Positions 1 through 26,769 are shown, counted from the stretch's first letter. The stretch: DNA of 64,000 nucleotides from Paragordius varius (GCA_964247055.1 OZ176054.1:9486001-9550000), one strand, 5' to 3'. Made by a program: numbers and translations. Notes: generated by a model from the sequence alone, not told the origin.

Positions 1-63
1 AAATAATTATCTTTTAATTTTTACACTTTGTATTTATAATTTCAATTTTTATATAAAAATTAC

Positions 64-12493
<12,430 letters not shown>

Positions 12494-12505
12494 ATCAAAA
12501 AACGA
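12494..12505. promoter_or_regulatory. 12-bp gap between divergent start codons of DHX38 and SART3 (putative shared or overlapping bidirectional promoter)
   Basis: CAT at 12491-12493 and ATG at 12506-12508 are separated by ATCAAAAAACGA. The minus strand over 12503-12513 reads TTCATTCATTC, an Inr-like TCATTC repeat. Confidence 0.6.
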
Positions 12506-15500
12506 ATGAATGAATTACAATTATTTAAAATGCAAAACCACGACCAAAAACTTCAAGAAGAAATAACTGAAATGTTGGAAACTGAGGGAGAAACAGAACA
12601 AAGAATAAACGATTATATTAAAATAATTGAGAGTAATCCGTTCGATTATAATGCTTATATTTATTTGACAAAAGTATTAAATAGCTCTATTTTAAGATTT
12701 ATCGAGAAAATGGACATTTGGATGAATTAAGAATGACTAGAGAAAGATTTAGTTTTATATATGCATTACCAATAACCTTTTGGATAGATTGGATTAAAGT
12801 TTTGTAAAAATAAAATTTAGGATGAAATGCGTATTGCAGAATCGGAAATTACCGACGAATTACAATCGATAGATAAAGACCAATCTATTCCAAATTCGGT
12901 TTTATTATCTATATTTTTTGGTTCATATATGTATATTGCTGTGAATAAAATATTGGACTTAAATAATTAATGCTATCTATTTAGAAATTATATTATAACA
13001 AATTAATCGTCAACTGAAAACATTTTCCATATATCTTTCGTAACTTCAAATAAAAGTTAAATTTTAATTTTAAAGTAATTTGGATTTAACCATTGGACGG
13101 TATGAATTACCGACAATGTTGACCGATAATAGCTCCGAATGTTGTTTTTTCGGTATATTAAATGTTTGTTGTGATGTTATTTTAATGCACCTTTCTATTT
13201 ATTTTAATTGCATATTCTTCAGAACTCGTCACCTAGTAAATTGTATGGTTTGTGTATCGGAGTGTTATATTCCAACCGCAACAATTTAATTTTTTCAATC
13301 TTTTATACCTGCCAATAAGCAGTCCGATCATGAATGCAGTAATCATAAGCAGTTATTTACTATCGCAAATATATTTTGTGATGTTAAGCGTTTAAATTAA
13401 ATTGTGTCACATTGCTATAATGAATTAATAACATTACTAAAAGTTATGCACTTTTGCATATTTAATTAATATACCAATATATTAAATTTAATCACGTTAT
13501 AAACATATTTGTGAAAAATTTTGACTCCTTATTTTTAAAAATTCTTAGTGACAATCAGATTGCACTTATAACCGATGAAAACCAATCCCAGTTACAAAAT
13601 GGATATTTTAAATTTGAGTAAATAAAATACTAATTAAAATATAATAAATGTCCGTCATCCGCTTTTTACAACATAAATTTTGGTAATGATGAATGCCCCA
13701 GACCAAGAATAATAATTGCATTTTTATGCCGTCAGATTTAGAATCTCGAAACTGCGTATTTTTTCTTTTTTGACTGTCACTCCTAAACAGGTAATTATAT
13801 CAAAGCCTTTACAAGTCTAGATAAAATATACGTCATTACCCTTTATATGAAAAAAGGGAAAAACTAGACTCTACAAAAGGGATCAGATAGCTGCCAAAAT
13901 TCGTATTTTATACCTTAACAATTAACTCGATGTTTTAGGTTACTTCCATTCTAAATCTTTTTGATCGAGCTATCCATGATTTCATGAGCATTGATGTTTG
14001 GCTCGATTATGTTCAATACGTTATTGGTCAAATGGGCCCTCTAGGGTTATCACGCGTTAGAGATACGTTTGAAAATGCTATTGCTAATTGTGGCTTGCAT
14101 GTCACGCAAGGCAGTATAGTATGGGAAGCTTACCGAGAATTTGAAATGGCTCTCATTGCTTCTTACGAGAACCGGTTGGAGTCGATACGTGAAGAGTGTA
14201 ACTTTTTTTTCTTTTTTAGGAAATCATTATTTGGCTTTAAAGTTTAATTTAGTGTAAGATAATTAGTTAGTTCCCTAAAATTATTAGTATTTTGTTTTAA
14301 AGCATATCTATACAGTAATTAGCGAAGGACCAAAAATATAATGCTTATACTTTTTTCGCACCACAGCATAATACATAATTTTGTTAATATGTGGTAAGTT
14401 ATGATAATTTTGCAAAAATTTGAGTTTTAAATGTTTAAGATTTGGCTTTCTGCTAATAAAGATTTAGTCGTCTATTTTAGAGTATGTTGGTATAAAACAT
14501 TTAATGTTTATAAAGGTTAGTTAAGTTTTAATTGGAGTATATTCCCATATCTAATATTACTACTTTTTTTCTTAACACAAATCCATGATATTGTCGAGGC
14601 ATTTAGTGACATTAGAAGAACCCGCTCTAGACACAAATGAAACTGAGCTTGCTTTAAAACCATTGAAGGATGAATGCATAAATCAATACATGCGAGTGTT
14701 TTCACTTTTTAAACGGCAACTATCTGTCCCGCTACAAAGTATGGAAGAAACTGTCAAAGAATTTCGAGATTGGATTCAAATCATTGATCATCGACACAAA
14801 AGTCTTGGGATAAATTGTTCCGGGTAAACAATTGCTCTTTTTTTTAAAAAAAAGGTAGTTTGGTTTTATTTACTACTAAATGTAGTAGATTATTTACTTT
14901 TAGAGGTTATTGGATTATGTGGATCATATTAAATATAATTACAGTTAAATGTTTAAAATTTTATTGCAAAATTTTATATATCATTGCAATAAATTATATA
15001 TATATATATGATAACCATTCAATATGTAACTCATCCTACTTTTTTAAGATTAAACTGGTCAAATTTTCTTTTAATGCATACTAAAGACTAATTTTTTTAA
15101 AACCAACTCCCCCAATTCGTATATCAAACAATCTATAAAATTATTATTTAATTCATATTCTGTTTTATTTTTTTGTAACTTAATAATTTTACATTTAGTG
15201 GTGACACCAAAATCTTGACGTTCTTGGACCCAAAAGAAATTGACATTATTGAAAAACAATTATATCCATCAGCCTTTTCCAAACTTACCGAAATTAGCCC
15301 TTTTGAAACAGCCATTGAGAATGCACATCAAGCTATTATTGCACATCAAAATTCTGAAAAGTTGCATTTAGAATATAGAATTTCAATAAATGAATAAATA
15401 TTTTTTTAAAGAAATTTAAATAATTTGTTTATGACGCCCAATATTAATAATCCTACATTTGTATATTATAGCAATCTTTCCAGAGATGAGATGAAAGGTA

Positions 15501-18500
15501 TTTTATTCTTTCTATCAATTATCAATCAATAAATCGTATTTGTTAGTCTTTCATGGTTAATATTATGATTTTATGTTATTTCAAGGCATATAAATGGCTA
15601 AGCCATTCTTTAATTTTTTAAAAAGTATTATTCAAAAATAAATGCGAATCCAAAAATTTGTGTGATATAAAAAAACGGGGTTTCTCATTATTTTAAATAG
15701 CCAAAAAAGTCTTTTTTGGAACATCGAATTGAATTATAATGTTATATCAAATTTAATTCAATTAATCACAATTAATACTATTTAACTAAATTTTAGTATT
15801 CTCGTGTGCGATCCCCACTATTTTTCATTAAAAGGGGCTCTACATCTTACGAATAATTTTTTATTTAATTTATGATTTTATTATTCAGAACATAAAGACA
15901 TGTTAAATAACTTGAGATTCAATGAAAGGCAATGTTACGTGGCATATATTAATCACGAAATGCAAAAATGTTTTGGTTCGTCTCAATCCGGTGGTCAAGA
16001 TACAAAATCTCGAAAAAGTTTTTTCTTTATATTTTTTGTACATACATAATAAGTTAAGGAATAAATTTATCGATATAAACTTGGCTTGTTTTATTATGTT
16101 GTCAATGGGTTTCGAAGATATTTGTAGCTGCTTAGTTAATTGAAATATTTATAAGCTATTGCTAATCTATCGTTATCAATTATTCTTATTATGATCCTAT
16201 ATTGAACTAAATTTATTATTGCGTTATAATCGATCATTTAATTTCCCATATAGTTTGCATTTTTCCAGGACATTTATCCAATATTAAGAGCAGAAAAACC
16301 AAATTAAATACAATAGCCTAGTTATGCGTGATTGTCTAAAACTTTCATTAATTAGCTCTATATTTTACTTTTTTTCCTATTTTATATTTTCATTTTGATT
16401 TTAATGACAGGCGTAAAATAAATCCATTAATTTTTTTGTTTTTCATATTTTTTTAACAAGCCGTAAATAGTTCATCATTTAATACAACACCTTCACGCAT
16501 AATTTGCCTGTATGAACGGGCATTATGTGAAATGTCCAATGATCCAGAACTATGGATTGCTTATGCCCGACTTTATATTGACAAATTACGAGATATCACT
16601 AGGGCTCAATCTATTTTAGCCCGAGCAGTTCGATGTTTTATTGGTAAAGCCGTCGTGGCTTATGGTTACACCATCCCAATCGATAACACTTCTTTTGCAG
16701 AGGCACCAATAGATATGGGTGGGTAAATATTTTTCATTTGAAAAAGATTTAAATTTTGTATTTGTAAGAAGTATATTATCTTTGCTATCGGAATATTTAG
16801 ATATTATAATGTTATGTTTATATAATATTTAAACATTTTAGGTTTTTAGTACTTGTGTCATATGCGGCGGTAAATGTTTTTCGTTTTTAATCTTTTTTTG
16901 TAAATGAAATCGCAGTAGATCTCTTCTTTCCCTTAGATACTCCCAATATAATGAGTTTTTTTAAAAAGGCGCTATTTAACTGAAATGAACTCACTTTTTT
17001 GATTGAAGTATTTGGTTTTTTAGTCATATTCGTCCAAACTTGAGTTAACGTTTGTGTGATTTTATAAGCCAACTCTAAAAAAAATCTATGATCACTTTTT
17101 AAATATTCATATAATTCTATCATAAAATTGTATATCATCGAAAAAATTGTGGATATTAATTGAAATTACTCAAAAATATTTAATTTTGTTTTCCACAAAA
17201 AGAGTGCGGGTGCAATATTGAACCATATAATTTTTTTCACACAATGGGAATCATTATACGGTGGGTCCACTCTGTACTTTTTTATAATTTTTATTTTTGC
17301 TTTAGAAAATTTTAATAAAAAATCGCATTTTTTACACAAAATAAATTATATTTGTTTAGGCCAAAACGATATAAAACAATTCGATAAAAAAGATGTACTA
17401 AATTCTATTGCAAAACTATGGATTGGCTTGTTGGAATGTTTTGAGAGAATTCATTTGGAAACTACAACTCATGAAGATAATGGATCTCAAACACAACATA
17501 ACATTGAAATGGATTCTGTGTAATGATCAAAATAAATTTTTAATATAAAAGTTTTAAATACAATGTAATCCATTTATTTTTAGTTGTTAATCTATATTTA
17601 CTATGATATATAATTGTAAAAACAAAATATAAAAAGTTAATGGCATATTATTAAAGATAAAACCATATTTCACATCATTTTTTTTTACATAATCTATCGT
17701 TGCGACGGGTAAATATATAAGTTGGTAACTTACTAAATAATTTATTTCACTTTTATAATTTTTAAAATTACCCGAACAAAATCAAGCTTAAAAATAAATG
17801 TTTTTTTTGGAAATAATATATTGTTTTGGCTTTTATCACTTAACTTTTTTTACATAACTTTATATATAAATTAATAGCAACAGTGAATGGGGGGAATATA
17901 ATGATCAACAAAATCCATCCAGTTTTAGTAAAGATTCAATCCAAAGTATAATAAAATATTTTGTGTTTTTATAAGTAAAATTTTTTATGGTCTTATAATC
18001 CAAATATATATTTTAAATTTTATAATGGATAATAATAACTTTTGAATATTTAGATTTAACAATCTTTTTTGTAGTTTAAAAGTGCTTGATATTTTTTCTT
18101 ATCAAAACGCTTTTCACATAATACTGTTAATGTTTTGTCAGTCATAATATCAAATATCGCTTATATTAATTTCTTTCAATACATTTTTTTAATCAATCAG
18201 TTTATAATTATTAAAATTAATTCCTTAATAGATATTCATTTACCACACAAAATACCCAATGATGAGTTAAATAATGAGAAAAAAACTCATTTGTCTAAAG
18301 GGAGCGCATTACTTCAATCTATCAAAAAATTCAAAATTCCTGATCTTATTGATGCGACCGATATATACAATTGGGTAATATATTTGATGCTATATTTTTA
18401 TTTTATTTTTTTAATCAATTAATACGGTACAGTTTATATTTGATAAAAATTTAAAATTGATAAAATAACTATAAAAATAAAGATTGGCGCACATACTACT

Positions 18501-21500
18501 ATTTAATTTAATAGTATTTTTCCTTTATTAATACTTAATTTTTTTGTGAAAAAAATACTATATTTTTAAATCAATAAAAAATATGAATCAAAATTTTTTT
18601 ATTACACGTAAAATAATTCAAATAACAATAGCTAAAGAAATATCATCAATCATATTTGAACATTAACACCGGCAGCTTAAATCATTGGGATGAATATGTA
18701 CGATATGCAGAAAGTTGGTTGGGTTTAGCCCTTAAATATGTCACCCTACTACCTTACATTTTGCGATATTTTAGCCAACAAAGTGGTGCAATTATGTAAT
18801 TATTTTATAATTTGGTATTATGTAAATTTACCATAATGGATTTCATTTAAAACATAATTTTTTGATAACTTATATTTGTTAAGCATGAAAATATTTTAAT
18901 AAAATTATATATCTTAAGGCATTGATAATATTTATGTAATTTGATTATATTATATGAATTATTTTTTAAATTTAAAGCATCAATAGATAATTTTATTTAT
19001 TCTTAGTAATATTGATCAATATAATCGATTGGAGAATTTGGTATCACACCATAGTATAAGCAAAAGGCAACGTGAATTCCTTACTGATTCTCTAAAATGC
19101 GCTCTTACCCTTTGGATGACTTATCTTGGATTCATAAAGCGTTTAATTGGTTCGTCGGCCAAATTATTTTAGTTTCTTATAATTTAGTTATGAAATTAAA
19201 ATCTGATTATTTTTCTATTAAATTAATTCCCATTTTAAAAGAAATATGGACAATGTGCTATAAATGTCATTAAGTGAATTAATCATAAATCAAAACATAT
19301 GTGCGAAATGGTAATTTTTTCAAAAATAATTTTTAACAAAAAAAAACATTGAAACGAAACTTTTTCGACAATTTTTTTTATTATAACCAATATATTTTTG
19401 GTAAATTTCCATTGCAAAATAATTTATAATCATATTGGTTTTTTCTTTAGACCGTTTCACAACTAATTCAGGGATGGATGTTAACATTGAGGCTATTAAA
19501 GCTCTTTTTTGTCAAAGATTGTGTGATGCCCTGACATTTATACAGTCACCCATGTATAGAGATGCACTAAATCAATCAAGAGCATTTAATGATACCCTTT
19601 TCACATTACTGGAATATAAAGCAAAAATGTTGGCACATCCTGTGTTTAAGTAAGTAGTATTTTTAATACCTTTGTCAAACTTTTTAGGATGCCCTAAAAA
19701 TGAACCAAAAACACTAAAGAATTTTGAAGACTTACTATGTAAAAATTGTTGAATTTAGAAAATTTAACGATAAATTTATATCCAGATTATTCGCTATAAA
19801 TAATCTTTATGATCGGCTTCATTATGAGAGCCGTTACTTAAATACGTTAAACTTTTTAAGGACGAGTTTTATAGATAAAATTTTTCTTTGAGTAAATAAG
19901 TTTAGATGGTGTCTGCCAATTAGTGTGACATAACAAATTTTATGATGGATTATTTTTAGTGTTTTATATAATAATTTTAATTTTTTATATTTTTATACGT
20001 CGTTTTATATCTGTTTAATACATGGTGCCAAAATATATGGCTTAAAAAATTAGGTTTTAGCTATCAGCGTTCATTACTACAATAATATTTTCAATTTGTT
20101 ACCAAACAACTCAATTCATTATATAAAGACTATAAATATATTATAATTTTATAATAATAATAATAATATAATATGATTCATTAAAAAATATTGCATGGAA
20201 AAATTCATGATAAAGTAAATAATTTATATTGAAGGCGTTTGTTTACTCGGTTTTTTAAATATAAAATAAACACTTTTTGATATTTAGTAACATGAAAGAA
20301 AGTAGAAACGCTTGGGAAACGATAATAAAACAGGGCGGAAGTTATTCTTCAACCGTTTGGTTGGAATGGTATTATACGGAATGTATGGCTTCTAATTCAA
20401 TCACCCATAGCACTAATGATTCCAAAAAGGATGCCCGAAAGATTTTGATTGTAACTTTTTATTAGTTTACTTTGTAAATTTAAATAATTAAAATACATTG
20501 AATTGTTAGCATGTAATATTATTTAAATAAAATTTGTTATTTAATTGGTCTACCATTTACAATTCAATTTCACCCTTAAACAATTCAAATTTACCCTTGA
20601 ACAATTCAAATTCACCCTCAAATAAAATATATGTTTTTTAAGATTAAAAAACACCTATATTTTATATATTTTTTTAAAAATAAAAATTTTGTTTTAAATT
20701 AATATAATACTGAAAAAATAATACACTATATTATAAACATATATTTCATATTAATAATGAGTTATATTAGTTCAAAAACACGTAATTGATTTTTAGGGTG
20801 AATTTGAATTGTTCAAGGGTGAATTTGAACTGTAAATGGTATATTACAGTATATGTACAGTAATGTTGGTCAATCCACGTTATTGTTTGCTAATTGGTAA
20901 TACAGTAGCATATGATAAAAAACAAATTTTGTTCATAATTAAAATTGATGTTGTAAAATATGGAAAAAATTGTATTTCAACTATTTGTTGTTTTTACCCA
21001 TACAATTGACCTACATCAATGTGCATACTATATATTCAGGTTCTTATAAAGGTTTTCTTGATGTCATCGTATATATTAAAAATACTATCAGTTGTTTCGT
21101 TTATGTAATTGTTCGTTCCAATTTTATATGACATGTAATATTAGTAGTTTATACTTTATATTTACTAACATTTTATTTCAATATTTTAGTCCTTTTATCT
21201 TTGAAAAATTAATATATTTGCATTTAATTAAAAACTTTTATTCATTTTTTGCGTAAGAGAGCCTTATCAAACAGCAATGTTGAGAGGCCTGAACCATTGG
21301 TAGATGCATTACGATGGCATGATCGCATATATTATAATTGTGACATTGATAATGACAATAAATTATCTTGGTGGGATTTACAAAATGACACTGAAACTTT
21401 GTGCACGAATGTGTTAAAACGACACACTAAACGAAAACAAATGGAAGTAATAACTATATAACAATATTTTATAAGTTTTACTTTATCTGATTACATGGAT

Positions 21501-24500
21501 TGATAATTCTTTTACCAGTGATTGGAATTTAAATTGGAATCATGCATTTTTTTAGTTGTTGTGAATAGGGTTGTGCTGACCAAGTCATGACCATGGTCTT
21601 TCACTTTTTTTATTGCTAGTAAAAAAAATTTTTGAAAGAGAGATAGTAAGATATTATTGTTTTTTATATATTTTTTATTTAAATATTCTCAAATATATAT
21701 ATTTAAATATGTTTATTTAACAATATATTAAAAATGTTAAGCATGCATCCTTATAACTATCCAGTTATTTTGAATACATTCGAGACTTGTGCAAAATATG
21801 CAATTACATATATGTGAACCAATAAAATGAAAAAACATCTTATATTTGGATATTAATTGATTGATGAAAGATAGTGTAAAACAAACTAGGTAATTTTTTT
21901 TGAAAAATCCAGCATTGAAAGCTATGTATTTTATGATTTAGAAGACCACAAACTTGTGGCGAAATACAATTGAAAACAAAATTTATTTGATTAATATTTG
22001 TAAATAATAAATATCAAAAAAATGTATTATACAAGCTTTTAAGAAAAAAACATCCCAATATTAGTGGGACGCAAGTTTCAGCATTATTTTTACAATATCC
22101 AATATCGCATGATATTTACTTAAGTAAAAAGTAGTCATGACCATGATCTGACTGGTTCTGACCGGACTCTATTGAAAAAGCAGTCAAATGCACAACCCTA
22201 GTGGTGAAATTAACTGTTTTAAAATTATTTAGTGTTTGAATTTTAATTAATATAGAAAAATGTGATTTATATAAATGGCATATTTATACCATTTGGAAAT
22301 AATTAGGCTCTCCAAATTTTTTAAATATGGAAGCCAGAATCATTTGACCAAATTTTTTTGCAAAATATTCACTTAATTGACCATTTTTGAAACATTTTTT
22401 TCTGAAAATATATTTGTAACCTAAACCATGGACATGGAACCGCAAAAACGATTCCGAATCCAATCATTTAATTTACATATTCTAATTAATTATCAAAAAT
22501 TTTATTACGTTTTATCCAATTATTTTTGAACTAAGAATGAATCTGTGGAGTCAAAATCTAAGAAACGAAAGGGAGAAACAAACCGTTTTGAACCAACTAG
22601 AGATACAAATGGTAATTTTTGTTGTTCTATTTATTCATTTAGTTTAAAAAATTTTGTTTTTAATACAAACACACCTTTCTTACACCACGTGTTACTTTTT
22701 GTTATTCAAATTAATCATTTTTATATTTTATATGCATTTGCGCATATCTTTATCAGTATCTAAACGACCATCGAAGAAAGAAACATCCCGAGAATTCGAT
22801 CAAAACAAGATAGATAATGATGGTATTTTTAAAACACTTTTTACAATTATTTTAAGATTAAATTTTTATAATAAGGTTTATTAATTTTTAATGAATTTAA
22901 TCATTATGTTATAGGTTTCATTATACCCGCCATTCCCAAATCAATATCCAATGAATCCAAAGTATATAATTATTTACTTTTTTGCTTTTATAACAAATAA
23001 GGATTCTTTAATTTAATAAAATAATACTTTTGCCTTACGTTTCATTTTTGATTCATTAATTGTTTTACAAAAAAAATACGTATAAAATAAATGATATTTT
23101 CATTTTCTAGCAAAATTAATAAAAATATTTAGTTTTCCACCACCAGAAACATTAATCGAGAAAACGAAATGGAATATATGGAACAAGCTCCACAACCGTC
23201 CTCTTTCTCCTTGTATAACAGTGGACAAAATGTTGATTTTTCTTTAGTGCCTGAACGCACGCTTTTTCTTAGCAATTTATCATTTAAGGCAACAGAAAAG
23301 GATATTGGTGATTTGTTTAGTCAAGTAATATCAAAAAATTTTCGTTAGAATTTAGAATTTTATTCCAACTTTTTTTTTGAAAACAACTATTAGCGCATTA
23401 GAAATTTTTGCATTTAACAATTTTGACTTTATTTTCAGATTTTAAATTATTTAATAAAAATATTAAATGGACTTTTGAGTTGTATTTAAGTAGGGATCTT
23501 TAAAACATACAAATCACATATAATAATTATAATATACGTGCTTTAATAGATATCAAATAAAAGAAAACAGAAAATGAAAGCAAAAAATTATTGCTTTGAA
23601 ATCTATTAATTATTATTATTTTTTTATTACTATATTATGCAAAAATTGACTTTGAAGTTTATCTTTCAACTACTTTATTGGTTAGCAAATGTATTACAAT
23701 TTTTGTGTTGAATCAATACATTATAGTGTTTTTTACATATTTTGATTTTATGTATTTTTTAGTCAAATAACATTTTTTTAACCAAGCGCAACATTTTTTA
23801 AGCAAACGCAACATTGTTCCGTTTGGTTGTATGTTGCTCTTGACTGAAAAATGGTATAGTTAAATAATAAAATAATATTTAGTTTGGGGAGATTTCCCAC
23901 ATAAGTCTTGTTAAAACGCGTAAAACTCAACATTCACGTGGTTATGCTTATCTGCTGTTCAATAATGCACAAAGTGCACAAAAAGCATTGGCTAATGACA
24001 GGATTTTACTGTTGGAAAGACCTGTTTTCATATCTGAATATGGGATTAAAGGACATGCACAAACGTATATTATTTAGTTTACTTTTTTTATTAAGTAAAA
24101 TTAAACAAAATTTAATTATAACATTATATATGCTTTTATAAATTACATATTTCTGAAATATTTTTTTCATCATATTTGGTTGATAAAATATCCAAAAGCA
24201 ACAACAATATTATGAATCATACTTTTTAAATATAAACACTTTTATCAACATTATAAGGAATTTATATGTTAGATCTAAAACACGTATATTGCATGGTATT
24301 TATTATGTTATTTGTTTTGAGTAACTATTATATTTAAATTTTTTTATATTTTTTATTCATGCAGACTCAAAACTACTGATAGTGGTGTAAAACGAGATTT
24401 TATTAAAGAAAGCATTCAAAAACCATACGTCTCCAAATCTAAACTACGTGTAACTTCACAAAATGCTGACAATTTATCACAAGAGGTAGATGGTAAGGAT

Positions 24501-25201
24501 ACCTTCACTCAAAATCAAATCGATAACAAAGAATCGTTCAAAACAAAAAGAGTTGTTTCACACAAAAAGGATAAGGATTTAATAGCGTCTAAAATGGAAC
24601 ATCCAAAGAAACGATTGGACATTGGGAAGGTGCACAAAATATAATAATTTTGAGCAACTACCGTTAAAAATTTTATTTAACAATTAAATTTTGAATTATT
24701 TATAATTATTTTTCATATCTAATTTTGGCAGAACGAATGCATTAAACCAACATTTTTTTGTGTTTTTGATATATAGTGTCAGTTTTTAACCGAGTGAAAA
24801 ATAATAACCGGTTAGACCACTCATGAAAGTCATTTAAAAAATTTAAATAAAAAATGATTTTTGATTTTCATTTCATGTTTCAATCATTTCTTTTAGACGA
24901 TTAATTTAGAAATTTCAAATGGTTGTAAAGAAGGCTTCACACGCCTACTTGTCGCATATTTATTAAAATAATATTTTGTTTAAGAATCAAAAAAGACAAA
25001 AATAGAAATATAAAAAGCACCATCCATTCATAATAGGTGACAAGTTTTTTACCGCGTCAATTGAAATCATTGCATGTGACCTCTAGTATGGAGAGTAGCG
25101 ATAACCATGTTGTGGACTCAAAAAAGCTTCTGCAAGAACCTATGAGCCAAGATGTTGTGTTACCTGAATATGATGAAATACATAAAGAAACCGAAAATTA
25201 A
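12506..25201 (+). CDS. SART3: SART3/Tip110 (Prp24-like U4/U6 recycling factor): HAT repeats plus RRM, about 20 exons
   Basis: Spliced translation gives NPFDYNAYIYL..LRMTRERFS..LPITFWIDWIKDEM, GLHVTQGSIVWEAYREFE, LFKRQLSVPLQSME, YERAL..DPELWIAYA, RNAWETIIKQG..VWLEWY and an RRM (TLFLSNLSFKATEKDIGDLFSQ/FGEISHISL..SRGYAYLLF). Last exon 25037-25201 starts VTSFLPRQL. Some internal boundaries (e.g. 14197/14607, exons around 24630-25036) are ambiguous. Confidence 0.92.
20553..20839. mobile_element. MITE family B: TIR CCATTTAC, TA TSD, 21-bp subterminal repeats
   Basis: TA|CCATTTACAATTCAATTTCACCC ... GGGTGAATTTGAACTGTAAATGG|TA. Confidence 0.85.
21566..22200. mobile_element. hAT-type MITE in a SART3 intron
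   Basis: TIR TAGGGTTGTGC..GCACAACCCTA with 8-bp TSD GTTGTGAA/GTGGTGAA (7/8 match). Internal repeat AGTCATGACCATG. Confidence 0.85.
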
Positions 25202-25434
25202 TCATATATTGCCGACAATTTATTTCTTTTTGTTATGTGATTAATATTCTGTACATATGTCATTAAAATAGTTCAGCATATATTGTGTATATAGTTTTGT
25301 AGTTAAAGTAATTTAAAATAAATTTTGATTCATCTATTTGACCAAATAGATGAAAAGAATACTTAAAAATATTATCGTTTATAATATACAGTTTAGAGTC
25401 TCTTTTTTCCTTTTTTATTAAAGGGTAAGAACTT

Positions 25435-25570
25435 AAATTGTATCCGGGCTTGTGAAGGCTTTAACACTCGCCTGCCCAGGCTGACAGTGATGATGGAAAA
25501 TTTGTGTAGTTTCGGGGTTCGAACTCAGGCACGCAGTGTGAGAGTCCGGCCCTACCTACTATACCATAAC
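25435..25570 (-). mobile_element. tRNA-derived SINE candidate (tRNA-Glu-like head)
   Basis: Minus strand ATGGTATAGTAGGTAGGGCCGGACTCTCACACTGCGTGCCTGAGTTCGAACCCCG contains an A-box, a CTCTCAC anticodon-loop-like stretch and a B-box. No acceptor stem; followed by a GC-rich body. Confidence 0.6.
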
Positions 25571-26769
25571 TTTATAATAAACATATATTCTTATTATACT
25601 TGTTTTATATATCAATAATTATTAAAGAAATTTTATAAAAGCGGTCAAATATTACTAATTTTTAACTATATAATTGTGACAGTATATACCTGGGGACTTT
25701 TTTTTCATTTAAAAAAATCTTGTTGGAACCTTAAAAGAATCTATCCAGAATTGCTATTTATAAAATTTTTATCGAACACTTAAGAATTTTTTTTATTAGG
25801 GTTTATAGAAAGAATTTGGCCCCGATTTTATAGTAAACTCAAAATTTTCAAATTAACATTTTCGGATGTAGAGCTTTGTATTATATATAATTCGAAAGAG
25901 CCCAAAAAACTATGTTTCAAATGGTAATTTGTCATTTAGAACAATCTGATGTAAAAGTTATTTGGGTTTATATGGGCAAAATATTCAATCCTCAAATAAG
26001 TCACGAATTTTCAAAGACAAACTAATTTAACAATCATATAAATTATTTTAATATAGTTATTGGGTTACATTAATATAAAAAAAATCTTTGAAAGCTTTTG
26101 GTTTGCTTTTTTCAATAAAAATTATTATTAAAATATTTTACCTGTAGATACTAAAATGCATATTTATAACAGTAAATTTATTACATAATGGTTATAAAAA
26201 ATCAATAATATCTTACACTTTGTTTTTGTCTTTAAAATTATAATAAAAAAAATAAATTAATGAGATGATAATTATTTATAAAACAAAAAACTTAAAAATG
26301 GCTGTTTTGAGTATCATAAAAGCAATAAAAAAATGTATTAAGCAAAAAACTTTCTTGTGTTATCTTTTTTGGACATTCATCACGATCTAAACAAAGTTTC
26401 TATTTTCATCCATTAGTTTTAAAAATATATTAATTAAGAAAAACGTTCTCGCTTGGCGCGTTTGTGGCTCTCTATGTCCAATATTAACTATAGATGTAAA
26501 TTAGTATGCATTTTATAGAGTTTTTATTACTCTTTCGAATGATATTTACAAATGGGCATTTCTTGTATATTTTCAGAGAAAAACATTTTTTAGTCAAATT
26601 TTGATAAAAAGGGCGCATGATCAAAAAAATCAAATTATATAAAATTCTTAGGTGACTCTGTATTTTTATTCTTACTGTTAAAATGATGGTAAATATCAGA
26701 AAAATGTAATGTGATACTAAAATTAATAACGATAGTATTATAATCAAGTTTTTTTCTAAAATATTTTAG

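Noticed and set aside
13845-13870. Antisense LSDPFCRV resembling a C2-domain motif
   Set aside because: It is followed immediately by a stop, and no further C2 sequence is found.
17690-17725. GTTGCGACGGG stretch resembling a Helitron 3' hairpin remnant
   Set aside because: The hairpin is incomplete, with no CTRR terminus and no associated interior.
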